Assembly (NCBI GenBank): GCA_964016885.1 | Contig: CAXHJY010000096.1 | Span: forward strand, 1,240,001 to 1,304,000 | Direction of reading: 5' to 3' | Source of the DNA: Eledone cirrhosa | Taxonomy: Eukaryota | DNA length: 64,000 nt | Part shown: piece by piece, positions 9,801 to 21,539 of the stretch | How the letters are laid out: each line of letters starts with the position of its first letter | How positions within the stretch are numbered: position 1 is the first letter of the stretch | Translations under genes and position numbers: made by a program | Notes under the pieces: model-generated | What the model was told of the DNA's origin: nothing | Seen by the model: the letters and a program-made list of their open reading frames with translations, nothing else | The model's database searches: none

Positions 9801-12800
9801 TCCAAGGAGAGGTAATTTCTAGCCGTCCGAGGAGAGATAATTTCCAGCCGTCCAAGGGGAGATAATTTCCAGCCGTCCAAGGGGAGATAATTTCCAGCCG
9901 TCCAAGGAGACATATTTTCCAGCCGTCCAAGGAGAGGTAATTTCTAGCCGTCCAAGGGGAGATAAATTCCAGCCTCCAAGGGGAGATAATTTCCAGCCAG
10001 CCAAGGGGAAATAATTTGTAAAAAAATCAGGGGGAGATAATTTGCAAAAAAAATCAGGGGGAGATAATTTGTAAAAAAAATCAGGGGGAGATAATTTGTA
10101 AAAAATAATCAGGGGGAGATAATTTCCAGCCGTCCAAGGGGAGATAATTTAAAAAAAAATCAGGCGGAGATAATTTGTAAAAAAAAATCAGGGGGAGATA
10201 ATTTGTAAAAAAAAATCAGGGGGAGATAATTTGTAAAAAAAATCAAGGGGAGATAATTTCCAGCCGTCCAAGGGGAGATAATTTTCAGCCGTCCAAGGGG
10301 AGATAATTTCCCGCCAGCCAAGGGAAGATAATATTTTAAAAAATCAGGGGGAGATAATTTGTAAAAAAAATCAGGGGGAGATAATTTGTAAAAAAAAATC
10401 AGGGGGAGATAATTTGTAAAAAAAAATCAGGGTGAGATAATTTGCAAAAAAAATCAGGGGGAGATAATTTGTAAAAAAAAATCAGGGGTAGATAATTTGT
10501 AAAAAAAAATCAGGGGGAGATAATTTGTAAAAAAAAATCAGGGGGAGATAATTTGTAAAAAAAATCAAGGGGAGATAATTTCCAGCCGTCCAAGGAGAGA
10601 TAATTTAAAAAAAAATCAGGCGGAGATAATTTGTAAAAAAAAATCAGGGGGAGATAATTTGTAAAAAAAATCAGGGGGAGATAATTTGTAAAAAAAAATC
10701 AGGGGTAGATAATTTGTAAAAAAAAATCAGGGGGAGATAATTTGTAAAAAAAAATCAGGAGGAGATAATTTGTAAAAAAAATCAAGGGGAGATAATTTCC
10801 AGCCGTCCAAGGAGAGATAATTTTAAAAAAAATCAGGCGGAGATAATTTGTAAAAAAAAATCAGGGGGAGATAATTTGTAAAAAAAAATCAGGGGGAGAT
10901 AATTTGTAAAAAAAATCAAGGGGAGATAATTTCCAGCCGTCCAAGGGGAGATAATTTTCAGCCGTCCAAGGGGAGATAATTTCCCGCCAGCCAAGGGAAG
11001 ATAATATTCAAAAAAATCAGGCGGAGATAATTTGTAAAAAAAATCAGGGGGAGATAATTTGTAAAAAAATCAGGGGGAGATAATTTGTAAAAAAAAAAAT
11101 CAGGGGGAGATAATTTGTAAAAAAAATCAGGGGGAGATAATTTGTAAAAAAAAATCAGGGGTAGATAATTTGTAAAAAAAAATCAGGGGGAGATAATTTG
11201 TAAAAAAAAATCAGGGGGAGATGATTTGTAAAAAAAATGAAAGGGGAGATAATATCCAGCCGTCCAAGGGGAGATAATTTCCAGCCGTCCAAGGGGAGAT
11301 AATTTCCAGCCGTCCAAGGGGAGATAATTTCCATCCTTCCAAGGGGATATAATTTCCAGCCGTCCAAGGGGAGATAATTTCCATCCTTCCAAGGGGATAT
11401 AATTTCCAGCCGTCCAAGGGGAGATAATTTTCAGCCGTCCAAGGAGAGGTAATTTCTAGCCGTCCAAGGAGAGATAATTTCCAGCCGTCCAAGGGGAGAT
11501 AATTTCCAGCCGTCCAAGGGGAGATAATTTCCAGCCGTCCAAGGAGACATATTTTCCAGCCGTCCAAGGAGAGGTAATTCCTAGCCGTCCAAGGGGAGAT
11601 AAATTCCAGCCTCCAAGGGGAGATAATTTGTAAAAAAAATCAGGGGGAGATAATTTGTAAAAAAAATCAGGGGGAGATAATTTGTAAAAAAAATCAGGGG
11701 GAGATAATTTGTAAAAAAAAATCAGGGGTAGATAATTTGTAAAAAATAATCAGGGGGAGATAATTTGTAAAAAAAATCAAGGGGAGATAATTTCCAGCCG
11801 TCCAAGGGGAGATAATTTTCAGCCGTCCAAGGGGAGATAATTTCCCGCCAGCCAAGGGAAGATAATATTTAAAAAAATTAGGCGGAGATAATTTGTAAAA
11901 AAAATCAGGGGGAGATAATTTGTAAAAAAATCAGGGGGAGATAATTTGTAAAAAAAATCAGGGGGAGATAATTTGTAAAAAAAATCAGGGGGAGATAATT
12001 TGTAAAAAAAAATCAGGGGGAGATAATTTGTAAAAAAAATCAAGGGGAGATAATTTCCAGCCGTCCAAGGGAAGATAATTTCCAGCCCTCCAAGGGGCTA
12101 TAATTTCCAGCGTCCAAGGGGAGATAATTTCCAGCCAGCGAAGGGGAGATAATTTTTTTTAAAAAATCATTGGGAGATTTGTAAAAAAAATCAGGGGGAG
12201 ATAATTTGTAAAAAAAATCAAGGGGAGATAATTTCCAGCCGTCCAAGGGGAGGTAATATCTAGCCGTCCAAGGGGAGATAATTTCCAGCCGTCCAAGGGG
12301 AGATAATTTCCAGCCGTCCAAGGGTAGATAATATCCAGCCGTCCAAGGACATATTTTCCAGCCGTCCAAGGAGAGGTAATTTCTAGCCGTCCAAGGGGAG
12401 ATAAATTCCAGCCTCCAAGGTGAGATAATTTCCAGCCAGCCAAGGGGAGATAATTTGTAAAAAAATCAGGGGGAGATAATTTGTAAAAAAAATCAGGGGG
12501 AGATAATTTGTAAAAAAAAATCAGGGGGAGATAATTTGTAAAAAAAAATCAGGGGGAGATAATTTGTAAAAAAAAATCAGGGGGAGATAATTTGTAAAAA
12601 AATCAAGGGGAGATAATTTCCAGCCGTCCAAGGGGAGATAATTTTCAGCCGTCCAAGGGGAGATAATTTCCCGCCAGCCAAGGGAAGATAATATTTGAAA
12701 AAATCAGGCGGAGATAATTTGTAAAAAAAATCAGGGGGAGATAATTTGTAAAAAAATCAGGGGGAGATAATTTGTAAAAAAAAAATCATGGGGAGATAAT

Positions 12801-14655
12801 TTGTAAAAAAAATCAGGGGGAGATAATTTGTAAAAAAAAATCAGGGGTAGATAAATTGTAAAAAAAAATCAGGGGGAGATAATTTGTAAAAAAAATCAGG
12901 GGGAGATAATTTGTAAAAAAAATGAAAGGGGAGATAATATCCAGCCGTCCAAGGGGAGATAATTTCCAGCCGTCCAAGGGGAGATAATTTCCAGCCGTCC
13001 AAGGGGAGATAATTTCCATCCTTCCAAGGGGATATAATTTCCAGCCGTCCAAGGGGAGATAATTTCCCGCCAGCCAAGGGAAGATAATTTTTAAAAAAAT
13101 CAGGCGGAGATTGTAAAAAAAATCAGGGGGGAGATAATTTGTAAAAAAATCAGGGGGAGATAATTTGTAAAAAAAAATCAGGGGGAGATAATTTGTAAAA
13201 AATAATCAGGGGGAGATAATTTGTAAAAAAAAATCAAGGGGAGATAATTTCCAGCCGTCCAAGGGGAGGTAATATCTAGCCGTCCAAGGGGAGATAATTT
13301 CCAGCCGTCCAACGGGAGATAATTTCCAGCCGTCCATGGGTAGATAATATCCAGCCGCCCAAGGACATATTTTCCAGCCGTCCAAGGAGAGGTAATTTCT
13401 AGCCGTCCAAGGGGAGATAATTACAGCCGTCCAAGGGTAGATAATATCCAGCCGTCCAAGGACATATTTTCCAGCCGTCCAAGGAGAGGTAATTTCTAGC
13501 CGTCCAAGGGGAGATAAATTCCAGCCTGCAAGGGGAGATAATTTCCAGCCAGCCAAGGGGAGATAATTTGTAAAAAAATCAGGGGGAGATAATTTGTAAA
13601 AAAATCAGGGGGAGATAATTTGTAAAAAAAAATCAGGGGGAGATAATTTGTAAAAAAAAATCAGGGGGAGATAATTTGCAAAAAAAATCAGGGGGAGATA
13701 ATTTGTAAAAAAAAATCAGGGGTAGATAATTTGTAAAAAAAAATCAGGGGGAGATAATTTGTAAAAAAAAATCAGGGGGAGATAATTTGTAAAAAAAATC
13801 AAGGGGAGATAATTTCCAGCCGTCCAAGGGAAGATAATTTCCAGCCCTCCAAGGGGCTATAATTTCCAGCGTCCAAGGGGAGATAATTTCCAGCCAGCGA
13901 AGGGGAGATAATTTTTTTTTAAAAATCATTGGGAGATTTGTAAAAAAAATCAGGGGGAGATAATTTGCAAAAAAAATCAAGGGGAGATAATTTCCAGCCG
14001 TCCAAGGGGAGGTAATATCTAGCCGTCCAAGGGGAGATAATTTCCAGCCGTCCAACGGGAGATAATTTCCAGCCGTCCATGGGTAGATAATATCCAGCCG
14101 CCCAAGGACATATTTTCCAGCCGTCCAAGGAGAGGTAATTTCTAGCCGTCCAAGGGGAGATAATTTCCAGCCGTCCAAGGGTAGATAATATCCAGCCGTC
14201 CAAGGACATATTTTCCAGCCGTCCAAGGAGAGGTAATTTCTAGCCGTCCAAGGGGAGATAAATTCCAGCCTCCAAGGGGAGATAATTTCCAGCCAGCCAA
14301 GGGGAGATAATTTGTAAAAAAATCAGGGGGAGATAATTTGTAAAAAAAATCAGGGGGAGATAATTTGTAAAAAAAAATCAGGGGGAGATAATTTGTAAAA
14401 AAAAATCAGGGGGAGATAATTTGCAAAAAAAATCAGGGGGAGATAATTTGTAAAAAAAAATCAGGGGTAGATAATTTGTAAAAAAAAATCAGGGGGAGAT
14501 AATTTGTAAAAAAAAATCAGGGGGAGATAATTTGTAAAAAAAATCAAGGGGAGATAATTTCCAGCCGTCCAAGGAGAGATAATTTTAAAAAAAATCAGGC
14601 GGAGATAATTTGTAAAAAAAAATCAGGGGGAGATAATTTGTAAAAAAAATCAGGG

Positions 14656-17600
14656 GGAGATAATTTGTAAAAAAAAATCAGGGGTAGATAATTTGTAAAA
14701 AAAAATCAGGGGGAGATAATTTGTAAAAAAAAATCAGGGGGAGATAATTTGTAAAAAAAATCAAGGGGAGATAATTTCCAGCCGTCCAAGGAGAGATAAT
14801 TTAAAAAAAAATCAGGGGGAGATAATTTGTAAAAAAAATCAAGGGGAGATAATTTCCAGCCGTCCAAGGGGAGATAATTTTCAGCCGTCCAAGGGGAGAT
14901 AATTTCCCGCCAGCCAAGGGAAGATAATATTCAAAAAAATCAGGCGGAGATAATTTGTAAAAAAAATCAGGGGGAGATAATTTGTAAAAAAATCAGGGGG
15001 AGATAATTTGTAAAAAAAAAAATCAGGGGGAGATAATTTGTAAAAAAAATCAGGGGGAGATAATTTGTAAAAAAAAATCAGGGGTAGATAATTTGTAAAA
15101 AAAAATCAGGGGGAGATAATTTGTAAAAAAAAATCAGGGGGAGATAATTTGTAAAAAAAATGAAAGGGGAGATAATATCCAGCCGTCCAAGGGGAGATAA
15201 TTTCCAGCCGTCCAAGGGGAGATAATTTCCAGCCGTCCAAGGGGAGATAATTTCCATCCTTCCAAGGGGATATAATTTCCAGCCGTCCAAGGGGAGATAA
15301 TTTCCATCCTTCCAAGGGGATATAATTTCCAGCCGTCCAAGGGGAGATAATTTTCAGCCGTCCAAGGAGAGGTAATTTCTAGCCGTCCAAGGAGAGATAA
15401 TTTCCAGCCGTCCAAGGGGAGATAATTTCCAGCCGTCCAAGGGGAGATAATTTCCAGCCGTCCAAGGAGAGGTAATTCCTAGCCGTCCAAGGGGAGATAA
15501 ATTCCAGCCTCCAAGGGGAGATAATTTCCAGCCAGCCAAGGGGAGATAATTTGTAAAGAAATCAGGGGGAGATAATTTGTAAAAAAAATCAGGGGGAGAT
15601 AATTTGTAAAAAAAATCAGGGGGAGATAATTTGTAAAAAAAAATCAGGGGGAGATAATTTGTAAAAAAAATCAAGGGGAGATAATTTCCAGCCGTCCAAG
15701 GGAAGATAATTTCCAGCCCTCCAAGGGGCTATAATTTCCAGCGTCCAAGGGGAGATAATTTCCAGCCAGCGAAGGGGAGATAATTTTTTTAAAAAAATCA
15801 TTGGGAGATTTGTAAAAAAATCAGGGGGAGATAATTTGTAAAAAAAATCAAGGGGAGATAATTTCCAGCCGTCCAAGGGGAGGTAATATCTAGCCGTCCA
15901 AGGGGTGATAATTTCCAGCCGTCCAAGGGGAGATAATTTCCAGCCGTCCAAGGGTAGATAATATCCAGCCGTCCAAGGACATATTTTCCAGCCGTCCAAG
16001 GAGAGGTAATTTCTAGCCGTCCAAGGGGAGATAAATTCCAGCCTCCAAGGTGAGATAATTTCCAGCCAGCCAAGGGGAGATAATTTGTAAAAAAATCAGG
16101 GGGAGATAATTTGTAAAAAAAATCAGGGGGAGATAATTTGTAAAAAAAAATCAGGGGGAGATAATTTGTAAAAAAAATCAAGGGGAGATAATTTCCAGCC
16201 GTCCAAGGGGTGATAATTTTCAGCCGTCCAAGGGGAGATAATTTCCCGCCAGCCAAGGGAAGATAATATTTAAAAAAATCAGGCGGAGATAATTTGTAAA
16301 AAAAATCAGGGGGAGATAATTTGTAAAAAAATCAGGGGGAGATAATTTGTAAAAAAAAAATCAGGGGGAGATAATTTGTAAAAAAAATCAGGGGGAGATA
16401 ATTTGTAAAAAAAAATCAGGGGTAGATAAATTGTAAAAAAAAATCAGGGGGAGATAATTTGTAAAAAAAATCAGGGGGAGATAATTTGTAAAAAAAATGA
16501 AAGGGGAGATAATATCCAGCCGTCCAAGGGGAGATAATTTCCAGCCGTCCAAGGGGAGATAATTTCCAGCCGTCCAAGGGGAGATAATTTCCATCCTTCC
16601 AAGGGGATATAATTTCCAGCCGTCCAAGGGGAGATAATTTCCCGCCAGCCAAGGGAAGATAATATTTAAAAAAATTAGGCGGAGATAATTTGTAAAAAAA
16701 ATCAGGGGGAGATAATTTGTAAAAAATCAGGGGGAGATAATTTGTAAAAAAAATCAGGGGGAGATAATTTGTAAAAAAAATCATGGGGAGATAATTTGTA
16801 AAAAAAAATCAGGGGTAGATAATTTGTAAAAAAAAATCAGGGGGAGATAATTTGTAAAAAAAAATCAGGGGGAGATAATTTGTAAAAAAAATCAAGGGGA
16901 GATAATTTCCAGCCGTCCAAGGAGAGATAATTTAAAAAAAAATCAGGCGGAGATAATTTGTAAAAAAAATCATGGAGAGATAATTTCCAGCCGTCCAAGG
17001 GGAGATAATTTCCAGCCGTCCAAGGAGACATATTTTCCAGCCGTCCAAGGCGAGGTAATTTCTAGCCGTCCAAGGGGAGATAAATTCCAGCCTCCAAGGG
17101 GAGATAATTTCCAGCCAGCCAAGTGGAGATAATTTGTAAAAAAATCAGGGGGAGATAATTTGTAAAAAATATCAGGGAGATAATTTGTAAAAAAAAATCA
17201 GGGGGAGATAATTTGTAAAAAAAATCAGGGGGAGATAATTTGTAAAAAAAAATCAGGGGGAGATAATTTGTAAAAAAAATCAAGGGGAGATAATTTCCAG
17301 CCGTCCAAGGGGAGATAATTTTCAGCCGTCCAAGGGGAGATAATTTCCCGCCAGCCAAGGGAAGATAATATTTAAAAAAATCAGGCGGAGATAATTTGTA
17401 AAAAAAAATCAGGGGTAGATAATTTGTAAAAAAAAATCAGGGGGAGATAATTTGTAAAAAAAAATCAGGGGGAGATAATTTGTAAAAAAAATCAAGGGGA
17501 GATAATTTCCAGCCGTCCAAGGAGAGATAATTTAAAAAAAAATCAGGGGGAGATAATTTGTAAAAAAAATCAAGGGGAGATAATTTCCAGCCGTCCAAGG

Positions 17601-20117
17601 GGAGATAATTTTCAGCCGTCCAAGGGGAGATAATTTCCCGCCAGCCAAGGGAAGATAATATTCAAAAAAATCAGGCGGAGATAATTTGTAAAAAAAATCA
17701 GGGGGAGATAATTTGTAAAAAAATCAGGGGGAGATAATTTGTAAAAAAAAAAATCAGGGGGAGATAATTTGTAAAAAAAATCAGGGGGAGATAATTTGTA
17801 AAAAAAAATCAGGGGTAGATAATTTGTAAAAAAAAATCAGGGGGAGATAATTTGTAAAAAAAAATCAGGGGGAGATAATTTGTAAAAAAAATGAAAGGGG
17901 AGATAATATCCAGCCGTCCAAGGGGAGATAATTTCCAGCCGTCCAAGGGGAGATAATTTCCAGCCGTCCAAGGGGAGATAATTTCCATCCTTCCAAGGGG
18001 ATATAATTTCCAGCCGTCCAAGGGGAGATAATTTCCATCCTTCCAAGGGGATATAATTTCCAGCCGTCCAAGGGGAGATAATTTTCAGCCGTCCAAGGAG
18101 AGGTAATTTCTAGCCGTCCAAGGAGAGATAATTTCCAGCCGTCCAAGGGGAGATAATTTCCAGCCGTCCAAGGGGAGATAATTTCCAGCCGTCCAAGGAG
18201 AGGTAATTCCTAGCCGTCCAAGGGGAGATAAATTCCAGCCTCCAAGGGGAGATAATTTCCAGCCAGCCAAGGGGAGATAATTTGTAAAGAAATCAGGGGG
18301 AGATAATTTGTAAAAAAAATCAGGGGGAGATAATTTGTAAAAAAAATCAGGGGGAGATAATTTGTAAAAAAAAATCAGGGGGAGATAATTTGTAAAAAAA
18401 ATCAAGGGGAGATAATTTCCAGCCGTCCAAGGGAAGATAATTTCCAGCCCTCCAAGGGGCTATAATTTCCAGCGTCCAAGGGGAGATAATTTCCAGCCAG
18501 CGAAGGGGAGATAATTTTTTTAAAAAAATCATTGGGAGATTTGTAAAAAAATCAGGGGGAGATAATTTGTAAAAAAAATCAAGGGGAGATAATTTCCAGC
18601 CGTCCAAGGGGAGGTAATATCTAGCCGTCCAAGGGGTGATAATTTCCAGCCGTCCAAGGGGAGATAATTTCCAGCCGTCCAAGGGTAGATAATATCCAGC
18701 CGTCCAAGGACATATTTTCCAGCCGTCCAAGGAGAGGTAATTTCTAGCCGTCCAAGGGGAGATAAATTCCAGCCTCCAAGGTGAGATAATTTCCAGCCAG
18801 CCAAGGGGAGATAATTTGTAAAAAAATCAGGGGGAGATAATTTGTAAAAAAAATCAGGGGGAGATAATTTGTAAAAAAAAATCAGGGGGAGATAATTTGT
18901 AAAAAAAATCAAGGGGAGATAATTTCCAGCCGTCCAAGGGGAGATAATTTTCAGCCGTCCAAGGGGAGATAATTTCCCGCCAGCCAAGGGAAGATAATAT
19001 TTAAAAAAATCAGGCGGAGATAATTTGTAAAAAAAATCAGGGGGAGATAATTTGTAAAAAAATCAGGGGGAGATAATTTGTAAAAAAAAAATCAGGGGGA
19101 GATAATTTGTAAAAAAAATCAGGGGGAGATAATTTGTAAAAAAAAATCAGGGGTAGATAAATTGTAAAAAAAAATCAGGGGGAGATAATTTGTAAAAAAA
19201 ATCAGGGGGAGATAATTTGTAAAAAAAATGAAAGGGGAGATAATATCCAGCCGTCCAAGGGGAGATAATTTCCAGCCGTCCAAGGGGAGATAATTTCCAG
19301 CCGTCCAAGGGGAGATAATTTCCATCCTTCCAAGGGGATATAATTTCCAGCCGTCCAAGGGGAGATAATTTCCCGCCAGCCAAGGGAAGATAATATTTAA
19401 AAAAATTAGGCGGAGATAATTTGTAAAAAAAATCAGGGGGAGATAATTTGTAAAAAATCAGGGGGAGATAATTTGTAAAAAAAATCAGGGGGAGATAATT
19501 TGTAAAAAAAATCATGGGGAGATAATTTGTAAAAAAAAATCAGGGGTAGATAATTTGTAAAAAAAAATCAGGGGGAGATAATTTGTAAAAAAAAATCAGG
19601 GGGAGATAATTTGTAAAAAAAATCAAGGGGAGATAATTTCCAGCCGTCCAAGGAGAGATAATTTAAAAAAAAATCAGGCGGAGATAATTTGTAAAAAAAA
19701 TCATGGAGAGATAATTTCCAGCCGTCCAAGGGGAGATAATTTCCAGCCGTCCAAGGAGACATATTTTCCAGCCGTCCAAGGCGAGGTAATTTCTAGCCGT
19801 CCAAGGGGAGATAAATTCCAGCCTCCAAGGGGAGATAATTTCCAGCCAGCCAAGTGGAGATAATTTGTAAAAAAATCAGGGGGAGATAATTTGTAAAAAA
19901 TATCAGGGAGATAATTTGTAAAAAAAAATCAGGGGGAGATAATTTGTAAAAAAAATCAGGGGGAGATAATTTGTAAAAAAAAATCAGGGGGAGATAATTT
20001 GTAAAAAAAATCAAGGGGAGATAATTTCCAGCCGTCCAAGGGGAGATAATTTTCAGCCGTCCAAGGGGAGATAATTTCCCGCCAGCCAAGGGAAGATAAT
20101 ATTTAAAAAAATCAGGC
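14656..20117 (+). repeat. Near-perfect direct tandem duplication, 2 x 2731 bp (14656-17386 / 17387-20117)
   Basis: Ten consecutive ORFs are offset by exactly 2731 (15078/17809 to 17062/19793). Private variants are shared at 15558/18289 and 15906/18637. I saw one difference (T16211 vs A18942). Confidence 0.93.
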
Positions 20118-21539
20118 GGAGATAATTTGTAAAAAAAATCAGGGGGAGATAATTTGTAAAAAAATCAGGGGGAGATAATTTGTAAAAAAAAAATCAGGGG
20201 GAGATAATTTGTAAAAAAAATCAGGGGGAGATAATTTGTAAAAAAAAATCAGGGGTAGATAATTTGTAAACAAAAATCAGGGGGAGATAATTTGTAAAAA
20301 AAAATCAGGGGGAGATAATTTGTAAAAAAAATGAAAGGGGAGATAATATCCAGCCGTCCAAGGGGAGATAATTTCCAGCCGTCCAAGGGGATATAATTTC
20401 CAGCCGTCCAAGGGGAGATAATTTCCATCCTTCCAAGGGGATATAATTTCCAGCCGTCCAAGGGGAGATAATTTCCCGCCAGCCAAGGGAAGATAATTTT
20501 TAAAAAAATCAGGCGGAGATTGTAAAAAAAATCAGGGGGGAGATAATTTGTAAAAAAATCAGGGGGAGATAATTTGTAAAAAATAATCAGGGGGAGATAA
20601 TTTGTAAAAAAATTCAAGGGGAGATAATTTCCAGCCGTCCAAGGGGAGATAATTTCCCGCCAGCCAAGGGAAGATAATATTTAAAAAAATCAGGCGGAGA
20701 TTGTAAAAAAAATCAGGGGGGAGATAATTTGTAAAAAAATCAGGGGGAGATAATTTGTAAAAAAAATCAGGGGGAGATAATTTGTAAAAAAATCAGGGGG
20801 AGATAATTTGTAAAAAAAATCAGGGGGAGATAATTTGTAAAAAAAATCATGGGGAGATAATTTGTAAAAAGAAATCAGGGGTAGATAATTTGTAAAAAAA
20901 AATCAGGGGGAGATAATTTGTAAAAAAAAATCAGGGGGAGATAATTTGTAAAAAAAATCAAGGGGAGATAATATCCAGCCGTCCAAGGAGAGATAATTTT
21001 AAAAAAAAATGAGGCGGAGATAATTTGTAAAAAAAAAAATCAGGGGGAGTTAATTTGTAAAAAAAAATGAGGGGGAGATAATTTGTAAAAAAAATCAAGG
21101 GGAGATAATTTCCAGCCGTCCAAGGGGAGATAATTTTCAGCCGTCCAAGGAGAGGTAATTTCTAGCCGTCCAAGGGGAGATAATTTCCAGCCGTCCAAGG
21201 GGAGGTAATTTCCAGCCGTCCAAGGGGAGATAATTTAAAAAAAAAAATCAGGCGGAGATAATTTGTAAAAAAAATCAAGGGGAGATAATTTGCAGCCGTC
21301 CAAGGGGAGATAATTTTCAGTCGTCCAAGGAGAGGTAATTTCTAGCCGTCCAAGGGGAGATAATTTCCAGCCGTCCAAGGGGAGATAATTTCCAGCCGTC
21401 CAAGGGGAGATAATTTTTTTTAAAAAATCAGGCGGAGATAATTTGTAAAAAAAATCAGGGGGAGATAATTTGTAAACAAAATCAGGGGGAGATAATTTGT
21501 AAAAAAAAATCAGGGGGAGATAATTTGTAAAAAAAATTA

